A stretch of DNA of 48,595 nucleotides, from positions 1 to 48,595 of the forward strand of contig CAYFQK010000001.1 in the NCBI GenBank assembly GCA_964345255.1. Direction: 5' to 3'. This DNA is from an uncultured Bacteroidales bacterium (GTDB lineage: Bacteria > Bacteroidota > Bacteroidia > Bacteroidales > JAIPAH01). Shown here in pieces: positions 28,061 through 38,629 of this stretch. Below the pieces are notes generated by a model that was given only the letters and a program-made list of their open reading frames with translations, had not been told where the DNA came from and made no database searches. The translations under genes were made by a program, and so were the position numbers. Each line of letters starts with the position of its first letter. The first letter of the stretch is position 1.

Positions 28061-29128
28061 TTAAGCCTTTTGATTTTCAAATTCTTTCATTACATCGATA
28101 AGTGCCTCCACACTTTCTTTTGGCAACGCATTGTAATTGGAAGCACGGAATCCGCCTACCGAGCGGTGTCCTTTTATACCTATCATACCTTTGGAGGTGG
28201 CAAATTCAAAGAATTCTTTTTCGAGGTCTTGATAGGCTTCGTTCATAACGAAACAGATATTCATTCTTGAACGATCTTCTTTTGCTACAGTGCCTTTAAA
28301 CAACTTGTTTCTTTCAATTTCACTGTAGAGCATCTCCGACTTTTCACCGGCGCGCATGCTCATACCCTCTACACCGCCATTTTCTTTAACCCACTTAAGG
28401 GTTTGAAGAAGGGTATAAATGGGTACAACGGGCGGAGTGTGGAAAAGAGAGTCTTTGTCGATGTGTGTCTTGTAATTGAGTAACGTGGGAATATCACGCT
28501 CCACTTTACCTAATATGTCTTCTTTAACGATAACAAAAGTAACACCGGCCGGAGCAAGATTTTTTTGTGCACCACCATAGATGATGCCATATTTTGAAAC
28601 GTCTACCGGTCGACTGAGGATATCTGAAGACATGTCAGCAACCACAGGCACATCGAAGTCATAATCTTTAAGTAGTTCCGTACCAAAAATTGTGTTATTG
28701 GTGGTTACATGAACATAATCCACATCGGAGGGGACATCTTTTTCCCAATTCTTAGGAATGGAGTAAAAATCATCGTTTTTGATGTCTACTACCTCACCAA
28801 AGAGCTTAGCTTCTTTGATGGCTTTTTTAGACCAGCTTCCTGTATTAAGGTAGGCTGCTTTTTTAATCATCAGGTTGAATGGGACCATAGCAAACTGCAA
28901 ACTGGCGCCGCCACCCAGAAATAATACATGATACCCATCCGGGGTTCCCAGCAAATCTTTCATCATCTGCTGAGCGTCTTTCATGACTGCGTCAAATTCT
29001 TTGCTACGATGTGAGATGGAGGCTAGAGATATACCGGTTCCATCAAAATCTTTGATTGCTTCTGCTGTTTTTTCCAACGCTTTCTGAGGCAGGATAGAGG
29101 GTCCTGCGTAAAAATTATGTTTTTTCAT
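28061..29128 (-). CDS. serC: Phosphoserine aminotransferase
   Basis: [15 protein letters not shown]-terminus, [12 protein letters not shown] (PLP-Lys region), [10 protein letters not shown]. 355 aa. Confidence 0.9.
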   Translation of the reverse strand: MKKHNFYAGPSILPQKALEKTAEAIKDFDGTGISLASISHRSKEFDAVMKDAQQMMKDLLGTPDGYHVLFLGGGASLQFAMVPFNLMIKKAAYLNTGSWSKKAIKEAKLFGEVVDIKNDDFYSIPKNWEKDVPSDVDYVHVTTNNTIFGTELLKDYDFDVPVVADMSSDILSRPVDVSKYGIIYGGAQKNLAPAGVTFVIVKEDILGKVERDIPTLLNYKTHIDKDSLFHTPPVVPIYTLLQTLKWVKENGGVEGMSMRAGEKSEMLYSEIERNKLFKGTVAKEDRSRMNICFVMNEAYQDLEKEFFEFATSKGMIGIKGHRSVGGFRASNYNALPKESVEALIDVMKEFENQKA

Positions 29129-29171
29129 ATTACACCTTTTTTGTTTGTATCTTATTAGTTATGTCACAGAG

Positions 29172-29179
29172 CAAAGGTA
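29172..29179 (-). promoter_or_regulatory. Bacteroidota -7 promoter box (TAnnTTTG) for serC
   Basis: The minus strand reads TACCTTTG ~44 nt upstream of the serC ATG (29128). Confidence 0.4.
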
Positions 29180-29413
29180 GGATAATTAAAGAAATTTTTC
29201 AGGGTTAACAATAATAATTTTGACCGGAATCTTTATTTATAAATAGTAAAATATGTAAATATTCACGGGCTGTGTGTCTATTCACGCTTCAGAGAAAGAT
29301 GTACTTGTCTTGAAAGATTTAAGCATTATAAATACGTATATATTATTTTAAATATGAATCCAACCCTGGCCCGGGCTGCTCAAATCGCCGGATTCATCTC
29401 ACTTCCTGAAAAA

Positions 29414-30370
29414 TTAATCACTAAAAAGCTTTAAATTTAGGGTTTCCTCTTGCGTTTCTTCAACATCTTTGGAAAGGATGATAAGGTGCTCTCTAAAAAC
29501 CCATTTGCCGTGGTCAAAGTAAAATCCTTGCATTTTTTCCGAGAGGGGAACATAATACCGGTGGTCACCCTCAAACATAGGCTGGATTGGATCAAGCTTA
29601 TTGAAATAAATCATATTTTCTTTTACCTGCTTGGTCCGTTTACTTGTCATAAATGCATTTTGCGAAGGAACTTCTATCTCGTGCAATATTGGATCATGTT
29701 CAAGGGTAATAGAAACATCATTTGAATATTCCAGAATCACCCGCCGAACCGAATCGTGGTAATTAGCAAAAACTTGTTTGCCAAACAAAGGCTTCCCGAG
29801 GGTATCAAAATGAAGAATATCTATCACCTTTTGATTCAGCTGGTTGTGATATCCATTCCATCCCAGCAGGGTAATGAAATTTTCCTTTATAATCATGTCA
29901 TAATACAATGCTCCGTACCAGTTATCGGCTCTCAATTGAGTCATTTCAGGAGTATCAATTTCCTTGTGCTTGTCATTCAATGCTTTTACATGCCATGAGG
30001 TGTCCGACGGATTGAAATATTGTAAATATCCATAAAACTTATACGCTCCGTTATCAAAAGGGAAGAGCCATGTTATGAGGCGAAAGGAGGAGTCTGGTGC
30101 AGTCAAAACCGATAAATTCCTGATGGAATCAAGCTGCAAGAGGGAGTCGGAATGAGTTTTCATTAACGAATCAAGCCCTGTTCTGAAAAGCTGATGCGCT
30201 GGCAATCTTACGCTATCTGCCTGACGCGACAAGACTTTTTCACCTGACTTTTTCAGGCGAAACATGGTTGTATCTTTTATTACAATGCTATCACCAATCC
30301 GTGCGGAGTCCTGCGACTTAGCCGGAAATGCCAGAAACAACGCCATGGCTAACACCCAAAGATTTCTCAT
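29414..30370 (-). CDS. Secreted protein of unknown function
   Basis: 318-aa ORF with signal peptide MRNLWVLAMALFLAFPAKSQ. I recognise no motifs. Confidence 0.5.
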   Translation of the reverse strand: MRNLWVLAMALFLAFPAKSQDSARIGDSIVIKDTTMFRLKKSGEKVLSRQADSVRLPAHQLFRTGLDSLMKTHSDSLLQLDSIRNLSVLTAPDSSFRLITWLFPFDNGAYKFYGYLQYFNPSDTSWHVKALNDKHKEIDTPEMTQLRADNWYGALYYDMIIKENFITLLGWNGYHNQLNQKVIDILHFDTLGKPLFGKQVFANYHDSVRRVILEYSNDVSITLEHDPILHEIEVPSQNAFMTSKRTKQVKENMIYFNKLDPIQPMFEGDHRYYVPLSEKMQGFYFDHGKWVFREHLIILSKDVEETQEETLNLKLFSD

Positions 30371-30548
30371 AGTTAATATATTATGATGCCAATTAATGTA
30401 TTTTTATCCATTGCGAAGATAATGTTTTTGAATGGTTTATAAACAACGCACTTTTACTGTCATTCTCGTGCTGATATCCTTATAAAAACTAAAGGACGTC
30501 CATCTGAACATTACACCACCAGTGATGTTGGCATAAAAAAGACATCAC

Positions 30549-32357
30549 ATGGCAAAAGAAAGCAGCCAGAGCGAGGCTCCAAGGCGAAAATTAACGAAGG
30601 AGAACCTTAAAAAGTTAATGAGGCTTTACACCTTCGTACTCCCTCAAAAATGGCTTTTCATCCTGGGATTGGTATTTTTGGTTTTATCAAGTCTTACCAA
30701 TCTGGCCTTCCCCATGTTTCTGGGTGATATGCTGGATGCCGCAGGGGGAGAGGCTACTGAAAAAATCGACCGGATTGCCTACATTCTTTTCGGGATTTTT
30801 GCAGCTACAGCCATCTTTTCCTACTTACGGATTTACACCTTTGCCCATGTAACTCAAAACACGCTGGCCCGCCTGCGGCAAACCACCTACAATCATCTTA
30901 TTAAACTGCCCATGAGCTTTTTCATGAATCGAAGGGTAGGGGAGTTGAATAGTCGCATCTCCGCTGATATCGCACTTTTACAGGAGACATTCACCACAAC
31001 CCTCGCCCAGTTCCTCAGGCAGGTAATCACTATCGTTGGTGGCATTGGGTTATTGACATATATCTCACCCCATTTAACCGGCTTTATGTTGCTTATCATC
31101 CCGGTTGTGTCTTTGCTGGCCGTATTTTTCGGACGGTATATTCGCACATTCAGTAAAAAGGTTCAAAAGAAAATTGCCGAATCCAACGTCATTGTTGAGG
31201 AAACCCTTAACGGAATAGATACTGTAAAATCCTTTTCCAACGAGTATCATGAAAACCACCGTTACAAGGGAAAAACCAATGAAGTTATTGATATTGCCCT
31301 GAAGGGGGCCCGGTGGCGGGGAGCTTTCACCTCGTTTATCATTATCTCAATGTTCGGGTCGATTGTAGCTGTTATATGGTATGGTGTAAACCTTATGCAG
31401 CAGGGAGAAATTCTTACTACCGGCGACTTATTCAAGTTTATCCTTTATTCAGTATTTATCGCAGCTTCTATAGGAGGTATGGCAGAGCTTTTCACGAAAA
31501 TCCAGAAGGCTATCGGTGCCACCGAAAACCTTTTGGAAATTCTTGATGAAAAACCGGAAAATATTCAGGCTAAAGAGATTTCTGAAGATAGCATTATTTC
31601 AGGAAGGGTAGAACTCAAGGAAGTGGATTTTGCCTATCCTTCGAGGCCTGATGTGACTGTTCTGGACAAAATCAATATCGATATCCCCCAGGGAAAACAA
31701 GTGGCGCTGGTAGGCCCTTCCGGTTCAGGAAAATCTACCATCACCAAGCTTTTGCTTCGGTTTTATAATCCCGTTAGCGGTCAAATACTGGTGGATGGCA
31801 ACGATGCAAAAAGCTGGGATTTGCATGAGTACCGCAGCCAGTTTGCTGTTGTTCCGCAGGATGTCTTTTTGTTCGGGGGAACCATCAGGGAAAATATTGC
31901 GTATGGAAATCCCGGTGCCCCGGAAGATGAGCTCATTGATGCCGCCCAAAAATCTTATGCATGGGAATTTATCGAGCGATTCCCGGAAAAGCTCGACACT
32001 ATCGTGGGCGACCGCGGCTTGCAGCTATCCGGGGGACAGCGACAGCGTATCGCTATAGCCCGTGCAATTCTGAAAAATCCTGCCATCCTCATACTCGACG
32101 AAGCAACCAGTTCGCTGGATTCTGAATCTGAGGGGCTTGTTCAAAAAGCTCTTCAAAGATTAATGCAGAACCGCACTTCTCTGGTTATTGCGCACCGCCT
32201 CTCTACTATCCGCAATGCCGATAAAATTTTTGTTATCCAGGAAGGGAAAATTGTTGAGAACGGTACACATAATCAGCTTTTAACTTCCGGAAGCGGAGAA
32301 TACGCCCGGCTGATTCGCCTGCAAACCGGAGAAGAAATTACGGAAAGAGTGGAATAG
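30549..32357 (+). CDS. ABC transporter, fused permease/ATPase (MsbA/MdlB-type exporter)
   Basis: Six-TM N-domain. Walker A GPSGSGKST, signature LSGGQRQRIAIARA, Walker B ILILDEATS. Confidence 0.85.
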   Translation: MAKESSQSEAPRRKLTKENLKKLMRLYTFVLPQKWLFILGLVFLVLSSLTNLAFPMFLGDMLDAAGGEATEKIDRIAYILFGIFAATAIFSYLRIYTFAHVTQNTLARLRQTTYNHLIKLPMSFFMNRRVGELNSRISADIALLQETFTTTLAQFLRQVITIVGGIGLLTYISPHLTGFMLLIIPVVSLLAVFFGRYIRTFSKKVQKKIAESNVIVEETLNGIDTVKSFSNEYHENHRYKGKTNEVIDIALKGARWRGAFTSFIIISMFGSIVAVIWYGVNLMQQGEILTTGDLFKFILYSVFIAASIGGMAELFTKIQKAIGATENLLEILDEKPENIQAKEISEDSIISGRVELKEVDFAYPSRPDVTVLDKINIDIPQGKQVALVGPSGSGKSTITKLLLRFYNPVSGQILVDGNDAKSWDLHEYRSQFAVVPQDVFLFGGTIRENIAYGNPGAPEDELIDAAQKSYAWEFIERFPEKLDTIVGDRGLQLSGGQRQRIAIARAILKNPAILILDEATSSLDSESEGLVQKALQRLMQNRTSLVIAHRLSTIRNADKIFVIQEGKIVENGTHNQLLTSGSGEYARLIRLQTGEEITERVE

Positions 32358-32428
32358 CTTTTTAAATAAAAAAAGACAACCTCAGTTTGAGACTGCCTTT
32401 TCAAAATTTTCACTTCTCCCGGAATGCT

Positions 32429-32514
32429 TGGTGGGGGGAGGAGGATTCGAACCTCCGAAGGCGTCTGCCAATAGATTTACAGTCTACCCCATTTGACCGC
32501 TTTGGTATCCCCCC
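32429..32514 (-). tRNA. tRNA-Tyr (GTA), class II long variable arm, CCA encoded
   Basis: The reverse complement reads GGGGGGATACCAAAGCGGTCAAATGGGGTAGACTGTAAATCTA...GGTTCGAATCCTCCTCCCCCCACCA. This closely parallels E. coli tRNA-Tyr. Confidence 0.9.
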
Positions 32515-32521
32515 TTAAGAG

Positions 32522-32595
32522 AGCCGATGGACGGATTCGAACCGCCGGCCAGCTGATTACAAATCAGCTGCTCTGGCCAACTGAGCTACATCGGC
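32522..32595 (-). tRNA. tRNA-Thr (TGT), CCA not encoded
   Basis: The reverse complement reads GCCGATGTAGCTCAGTTGGCCAGAGCAGCTGATTTGTAATCAGCTGGCCGGCGGTTCGAATCCGTCCATCGGCT. It is 7 nt from tRNA-Tyr, so the two are probably co-transcribed. Confidence 0.9.
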
Positions 32596-32634
32596 ATTTT
32601 TCCTGTATGAGAACGTTTCCTTTTAAAGCGGTGG

Positions 32635-32642
32635 CAAAATTA
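32635..32642 (-). promoter_or_regulatory. Bacteroidota -7 promoter box (TAnnTTTG) for the tRNA-Thr/Tyr pair
   Basis: The minus strand reads TAATTTTG ~40 nt upstream of the tRNA-Thr 5' end. Confidence 0.4.
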
Positions 32643-32803
32643 GACCATCTTTTTGGATTTCCAAATATTTTCTTTCCCAAATTTTTACTGACTGTAAAAT
32701 GTTCTGATTGCCAGTAATGTATTTTTTTGAAAAGTACGTCCTGAATATTTTGCAAAGTGACATGGAGTATTTACTTTTACGTTTTGCTAATAAACTAAAG
32801 TTA

Positions 32804-35800
32804 ATGAGGATTCAGTTTACCTTGTTATTTTTAATCGTTTTGTTTCCTTTAGCCTTTGCTAACGGGCAGCAAATACGATTTGAGAGCTACACTATTGAGA
32901 ATGGATTATCCCAAAATACCGTCTATGATATCCACCAGGATTCTTTGGGCTTTGTGTGGATTGCAACCCAAAATGGGCTTAACAGGTTTGATGGATTGCG
33001 TTTTAAAGTGTATAATCACAATAACGATGATTCCACTTCCATTACAAATAATTATATAAATGTAATCACTCCCTGCACTCATGGCAATTTATGGATCGGA
33101 ACCCTACAGGGCGCCTCAATTTATGTGTATGAAAAAGACCATTTCAAAAATGATTTTTCCCGGGGAAAAGGATTTGACCTGCTGCAAAAATCCGCCATTG
33201 AGGATATTTTTGTGAGCGATTCATCAGATACCTGGTTCGGAGGTGACAAAGGATTATTTCATTATAAAACGGGCGAGAAAGTGGAGCACTTTCCCTTTTT
33301 GGACTCTTTATCCGTCAATAATAGCATTTATAAAATAACTGGTTTAACCCCTCACAAGCTATTGCTTGCCACAACAAAGGGGCCTTTTGTTTTCGATACG
33401 AAAACCCAGGAATTTTCTCCTCTGAGAATGGAGGCCAGGGGACTACTGAAAGACAAGGAACTAACCTATATTACCGATCTCTTTAAAGACGATAAAGGTG
33501 TAATATGGATGGCCGCAACAGGAGATGGAATTGTATCCTATGACCCCGGCACAAAAAAAGCACAGATATGGTCGAGTGATTCTACCAGGAAACCGGTGCT
33601 GAAGGAGGATTTAATCACCACGGTTACCATTTCACCTAATGGAAAAATATGGGCGGGCTCTTACAGTGGTTTGCAGATCATTAATCCCGCGGATTCCAGC
33701 GTTAAACAGTTTAAACACAAATCGTATCAGCCTCAAAGCATAGGAAGAGGCGACGTATCAGATATTTATTTTGATGAAGCCGGAAACGCATGGATAGGCA
33801 GCAATGGAGGAGGAGTGAGTATGTATGCCCCTTCAAAGAACCAATTCCATCTTGAACAAAAAAAGGTTAAAGATGATAGCAGTATTCCCTCAAATATTGT
33901 GAGGGGCCTGCTGAAACAAAACAATGGAACAGTATGGGTGGCTACTGATGGGGGAGGATTGCAAAAAAGAATACCGGCAGAAAATGTCTACAAAACATAT
34001 AAATATCAGAGCGGAGATCCCCATAGCCTGAATAGTAATTATGTATTATCGTTAGCCCGCGATTATTCAGATCGGATTTGGGTGGGAACGTATGGATGGG
34101 GCGTTAACGTATACAGAGAAGGTCGCGATGATTTCATACGATTTTCAGAGGATGAGCCGCTTGGCGAACTCAATGATAAAACCATCACCCATATTCTTCA
34201 AAGCAGTGACTCAACATACTGGTTTGCCACAATGAGTGGGGTGTATTATTACGAATCAATCCCGGAAAAAGGCGTACATCTATATGCAACAGATTCTTTG
34301 AAGTCGATCCCAAATAATAAGGTTTGGGATATATACGAGGATAGCAAAGGGGATACCTGGATTGGTACAATGAAAGGAATCGCCCGCCTCTCACCGGATA
34401 AAAAAATTGACAGAGTTTTCCAGCGACAGAAAAACGACTCTCTGACATTACCCAGCGAATCGGTAAACTGCTTTGCCGAGGATCATAAAAACCGCCTTTG
34501 GTTGGGAACCGATGCAGGGATTTGCAGACTCGACCGAGAGCGAGACGTAGTCATACCTTATAAGGACAAGTTCGGCCTCCCGGAGGGTATTATTTATAAA
34601 ATACTTCATCATCAGGGGGTATTGTGGATATCAACCAATTACGGACTTTATAAGTATGATATTAAAAACGAGTTCGTACGTCAGTTCTCAGTGAATGATG
34701 GCTTACAATCCCGGGAATTTAATTCGGGAGCTGCCTATAAGTCAGCTGATAATGAAATGTTTTTTGGAGGGATAAAGGGTTACAACCGGTTTTACCCTGA
34801 CAGTATCTCAATTTCAGATTATAATCCGCAGGTGAATATCACCAATTTTCAGCTCTTTAATAAAGATGTGGAAGTAGGAGAGGGCAAAAGCCATACCCTT
34901 CTCGAAAAACCGGTTTACTTAACCGACAAGATTAATTTAAGTTATAAAGACCAGGTGCTTACTTTTGAATTTGCATCCATGGATATGGCCTCTCCTGAGG
35001 ATATTCACTATAAATACATGATGGAGGGTTTTGACAACAGCTGGATAGCTATTGAAAAGAACAAGCCTGTTACTTATACGAATCTGCCTCCGGGAAACTA
35101 CACCTTCAGGGTTCAGGGAACCAATGCCGACGGGGTGTGGAGTAACAATACCGCAAACCTTAAAATAGAGATTTCACCGCCGTTTTATAAAACCCTGTCA
35201 TTTACTATAGCTTTAATCTTCATTATTATATTGTTGATATTTTTTATTATCAAAATACGTGAGCGCAGGTTAAACAAAGAAAAGTTTAAGCTCGAAAAAG
35301 TTGTTCATGATCGTACGCTAGAATTAACTGAGAAAAACAGGGAGCTGGAGCAACATCGTAATAATTTGGAAGAATTGGTAAGACAGCGCACCTCTGATTT
35401 ACAAAAAGCTAAGGACAAAGCTGAAGAATCTGACCGGTTAAAAACGGCTTTCCTGGCCAACATGTCTCATGAGATACGCACCCCGATGAATGCTATCCTG
35501 GGTTTTTCAGATATTCTGACCGATCCCGATTTATCTGAAGAGGAGATGGAATATAATGTCAACCTCATTCATGCAAATACCAACAGGCTCTTGCAACTTA
35601 TTGATGATATCGTCGATTTAGCCCGAATTGAATCTGGTGAACTGGTTTTCACAAGTGAAGATATCGAAATTAATTCACTTATGATTGAGGTCAGCGACGA
35701 AGCGGCGAAATACCTTGAAAACAAAAACAAGAGCCACGATATAGAAATAAAAAAGCAATTCGATTCGGAGTTGGTAGCATATATTCACACCGACCCAAAC

Positions 35801-36553
35801 AGGCTAAAACAGGTTTTGAGAAAACTTTTTCAAAATGCTATCAAATTTACCGAACGTGGAGCGGTGACCATTGGCTATAGGATCAAAAACGAACATATTG
35901 AGTTCTTTGTGGAAGACACAGGAATAGGAATTCCCAAAGATAAGCAGGAAGTAGTTTTTCACCGGTTCAGGCAACTAGACGACAGCCATACCAGAAAATT
36001 CGGAGGCACCGGCCTGGGGTTGGCATTAGTAAAAATGCTGGTAGCCAAAATCGGAAGCAAAATACAATTGCATTCTGAATATGGAAAAGGTTCCCGGTTC
36101 TTTTTCAGTCTCCCTTTGATGGAGAGCGCGGGAAATGAAAAAGCCTCCCGCAAAGAAAAGGAGCCTGTTCAAGTTCCGAACCTGTCGGGAAAAGTTATTA
36201 TAGTTGCTGAAGATACAGAGTCTAACCGGATGTACCTGGTTAAACTTCTCAAAAAAACTCGAGCTACTATCGTAACTGCTCATGATGGCAGATTGGTATA
36301 TGACGAAGTCATAAAAAGACAAGGGAAGGTGGATTTGATTTTAATGGATATTGAAATGCCTCTGATGGATGGGGCTAAAGCCACAGAAAAAATAAAAAAG
36401 AAATATCCTGGTATTATAGTCATAGCCCAAACAGTTTACCTGGCAGAAAAAGACATTAAGCGATATTATGAATCAGGATGCGATGCTCATTTAGAGAAAC
36501 CTATTCTTAAAAATAATCTGTACTCTATACTTAGTAAAACTTTAAGAAACTGA
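32804..36553 (+). CDS. Hybrid sensor histidine kinase with periplasmic beta-propeller/Y_Y_Y sensor, HisKA, HATPase_c and a C-terminal receiver
   Basis: I chose the start at MRIQFTLLFLIVLFPLAFANGQ (signal peptide). Repeated W(I/V)GT..GL propeller motifs, TM at ~FTIALIFIIILLIFFII, H-box SHEIRTPMNAILGF, GTGLGLALV, and receiver (IIVAEDTESN...DLILMDIEMPLMDG). Confidence 0.85.
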   Translation: MRIQFTLLFLIVLFPLAFANGQQIRFESYTIENGLSQNTVYDIHQDSLGFVWIATQNGLNRFDGLRFKVYNHNNDDSTSITNNYINVITPCTHGNLWIGTLQGASIYVYEKDHFKNDFSRGKGFDLLQKSAIEDIFVSDSSDTWFGGDKGLFHYKTGEKVEHFPFLDSLSVNNSIYKITGLTPHKLLLATTKGPFVFDTKTQEFSPLRMEARGLLKDKELTYITDLFKDDKGVIWMAATGDGIVSYDPGTKKAQIWSSDSTRKPVLKEDLITTVTISPNGKIWAGSYSGLQIINPADSSVKQFKHKSYQPQSIGRGDVSDIYFDEAGNAWIGSNGGGVSMYAPSKNQFHLEQKKVKDDSSIPSNIVRGLLKQNNGTVWVATDGGGLQKRIPAENVYKTYKYQSGDPHSLNSNYVLSLARDYSDRIWVGTYGWGVNVYREGRDDFIRFSEDEPLGELNDKTITHILQSSDSTYWFATMSGVYYYESIPEKGVHLYATDSLKSIPNNKVWDIYEDSKGDTWIGTMKGIARLSPDKKIDRVFQRQKNDSLTLPSESVNCFAEDHKNRLWLGTDAGICRLDRERDVVIPYKDKFGLPEGIIYKILHHQGVLWISTNYGLYKYDIKNEFVRQFSVNDGLQSREFNSGAAYKSADNEMFFGGIKGYNRFYPDSISISDYNPQVNITNFQLFNKDVEVGEGKSHTLLEKPVYLTDKINLSYKDQVLTFEFASMDMASPEDIHYKYMMEGFDNSWIAIEKNKPVTYTNLPPGNYTFRVQGTNADGVWSNNTANLKIEISPPFYKTLSFTIALIFIIILLIFFIIKIRERRLNKEKFKLEKVVHDRTLELTEKNRELEQHRNNLEELVRQRTSDLQKAKDKAEESDRLKTAFLANMSHEIRTPMNAILGFSDILTDPDLSEEEMEYNVNLIHANTNRLLQLIDDIVDLARIESGELVFTSEDIEINSLMIEVSDEAAKYLENKNKSHDIEIKKQFDSELVAYIHTDPNRLKQVLRKLFQNAIKFTERGAVTIGYRIKNEHIEFFVEDTGIGIPKDKQEVVFHRFRQLDDSHTRKFGGTGLGLALVKMLVAKIGSKIQLHSEYGKGSRFFFSLPLMESAGNEKASRKEKEPVQVPNLSGKVIIVAEDTESNRMYLVKLLKKTRATIVTAHDGRLVYDEVIKRQGKVDLILMDIEMPLMDGAKATEKIKKKYPGIIVIAQTVYLAEKDIKRYYESGCDAHLEKPILKNNLYSILSKTLRN

Positions 36554-36633
36554 TTAACTGTATTTTATCATTTTTACCCAGGAGTGGGCATGACAGGATA
36601 ATGCATTAAATTTTGAAAATACCGGGATATCGT

Positions 36634-36641
36634 TATTTTTG
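36634..36641 (+). promoter_or_regulatory. Bacteroidota promoter (-7 TAnnTTTG with an upstream TTTG) for etfB
   Basis: TATTTTTG at 36634-36641 and TTTG at 36612-36615, with a spacing appropriate for a -33 element. ~60 nt upstream of the ATG at 36702. Confidence 0.5.
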
Positions 36642-36701
36642 TACAGTTTTTAACACATCGTATACACACTTTAGCATACGTCGAGAATAAAACATAAAAA
36701 T

Positions 36702-37574
36702 ATGAGCTTCAGAATATTAGTATTAGCTAAGCAAGTTCCCGATACCCGGAATGTAGGCAAAGATGCTATGAAAGCAGATGGGACGGTAAACAGAGGCGCC
36801 CTCCCTGCTATTTTTAATCCCGAAGATCTAAATGCACTGGAAATGGCATTAAAGGCCAAAGACAAGATAAAAGATGCCGAAGTCATTGTCTTATCCATGG
36901 GGCCCTCCAGAGCAGCAGGAGTCATTCGTGAAGCGTTATACCGCGGTGCAGATAAAGGCTATCTTATTACCGACCGAAAATTCGCCGGATCGGATACCCT
37001 GGCTACTTCTTACGTGCTGATGCTGGCTATAAAACAACTTGAACCTTACCATTTGGTTTTTGCCGGCCGGCAGGCTATCGACGGCGATACTGCCCAGGTT
37101 GGTCCACAGGTAGCTGAAAAACTCAATATTCCGCAAATTACCTACGCTGAAACGATTAAAAAAATCACCGGCAAATCCATTGAAATACAGCGCAGACTGG
37201 AGCGTGGTGTTGAAACGGTGAAATCCACCCTGCCGGTTGCAATTACGGTGCACAGCTCAGCCCCGGGATGCCGGCCGCGGGAAGCAAAAAGAATCATGAA
37301 GTTTAAGCATGCCAGAACTGTTACAGAATTACAGAACGAAGTAAAAGATTATACCGACTTGTTTGAGCAGCGGCCTTACCTTACCATTGAAGAGTGGGGG
37401 GTAAGTGATATAAACGCAGAGGATCAGCGGCTGGGACTCAGCGGTTCGCCTACAAAGGTCAAGGCGGTCGAAAATATTGTATTTACTCAAAAGGAATCAA
37501 AAGTCCTGCAAAATGAGGATGACAATATTGATCAACTCATGAAGGAACTCATTGACAGTCATGTAATAGGTTAA
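36702..37574 (+). CDS. etfB: Electron transfer flavoprotein beta subunit (clostridial-type)
   Basis: ILVLAKQVPDT, SMGP, GSDTLATS, GRQAIDGDTAQVGPQVAEKLNIPQITY and LGLSGSPTKV. Collinear with clostridial EtfB as I recall it. Confidence 0.9.
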   Translation: MSFRILVLAKQVPDTRNVGKDAMKADGTVNRGALPAIFNPEDLNALEMALKAKDKIKDAEVIVLSMGPSRAAGVIREALYRGADKGYLITDRKFAGSDTLATSYVLMLAIKQLEPYHLVFAGRQAIDGDTAQVGPQVAEKLNIPQITYAETIKKITGKSIEIQRRLERGVETVKSTLPVAITVHSSAPGCRPREAKRIMKFKHARTVTELQNEVKDYTDLFEQRPYLTIEEWGVSDINAEDQRLGLSGSPTKVKAVENIVFTQKESKVLQNEDDNIDQLMKELIDSHVIG

Positions 37575-37583
37575 CGTAAACAA

Positions 37584-38618
37584 ATGAGAATGGAAACCAA
37601 TAGTATATTTGTATATTGCGAAATTGCCGAAGAAGGAAATGTTGCTGATGTGAGCCTGGAATTACTCACAAAAGGCAGAAAATTGGCTGATGAACTCAGA
37701 ACGGACCTCGAAGCTGTTATTCTTGGCCACGGCATACAAAAACTTCCTGAGGAGATACGGGGGTATGGCGTAAATAAGCTTTATATCGCCGACCATGAAA
37801 AGCTTTCACCTTTTCGCACACTGCCTCATGCAGCCGTTCTGACAAAACTCTTTGAAGAACAAAAGCCCGAGATCGTGCTTATGGGTGCGTCTCCCGTTGG
37901 ACGTGACCTGGCCCCCCGCGTAGCTTCAAAACTTTTGTGCGGGCTCACTGCCGATTGTACCAGCCTTGAAATCGGAGATCACTATGATAAAAAGAATGAT
38001 AAGGAGTATAAAAATCTTCTTTATCAGATTCGGCCGGCTTTCGGAGGAAATATTGTAGCTACCATCATCAATCCCGAAACGCGACCCCAGATGGCTACGG
38101 TCCGCGAAGGGGTTATGAAACGGGAAAAGGTGAAGAATGCGCCGGATATGGAGATAGTCAAACTGAATGCTGCTGACTTCCTGGCTGACGAGCAGGAGGC
38201 GGTGCAGATCATAGAGCGCCATATCGAAGAGCAAAAAATCAACATTAAAAATTCGCAGATCCTCGTATCAGGCGGTTATGGAGTGGGATCAAAAGAAAAT
38301 TTTACATTGCTGCATGAATTGGCTGAAGTGCTGGGGGGTAAGGTCGGAGCCTCACGAGCTGCGGTTGATGCGGGCTTTGCAGAGCATGAACGACAGGTTG
38401 GGCAAACCGGAGTCACCGTGCGACCGAAACTATATATCGCATGTGGCATCTCCGGGGCGGTGCAGCACCGGGCAGGGATGGAGCAGTCTGCAAAAATTAT
38501 CTCCATCAATACAGACCCTCATGCTCCTATCAATAAAATTGCAGATTACACTATAAACGGTGATGTGGGCGAAGTCATCCCTAAAATGATTAAGTATTAT
38601 AAGAAGAATATTAAGTAG
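37584..38618 (+). CDS. etfA: Electron transfer flavoprotein alpha subunit
   Basis: VSGGYGVGSKENF, GASRAAVDAGF, QVGQTGVTVRPKLYIACGISGAVQHRAGM. Confidence 0.9.
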   Translation: MRMETNSIFVYCEIAEEGNVADVSLELLTKGRKLADELRTDLEAVILGHGIQKLPEEIRGYGVNKLYIADHEKLSPFRTLPHAAVLTKLFEEQKPEIVLMGASPVGRDLAPRVASKLLCGLTADCTSLEIGDHYDKKNDKEYKNLLYQIRPAFGGNIVATIINPETRPQMATVREGVMKREKVKNAPDMEIVKLNAADFLADEQEAVQIIERHIEEQKINIKNSQILVSGGYGVGSKENFTLLHELAEVLGGKVGASRAAVDAGFAEHERQVGQTGVTVRPKLYIACGISGAVQHRAGMEQSAKIISINTDPHAPINKIADYTINGDVGEVIPKMIKYYKKNIK

Positions 38619-38629
38619 CAGTCTTAAAT

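Noticed and set aside
32358-32803. tRNA-Thr/tRNA-Tyr pair as an integration site for a genomic island or prophage
   Set aside because: There is no integrase, excisionase or phage-like gene on either side. I saw no direct repeat of either tRNA 3' end elsewhere in the window. The flanks are an ABC exporter and a sensor kinase.
32708-32803. Upstream start (32708) for the hybrid sensor kinase
   Set aside because: The first 32 codons precede a clear signal peptide beginning at MRIQFTLLFLIVLFPLAFA (ATG 32804). The extension would bury the signal sequence and reach into the tRNA promoter region.
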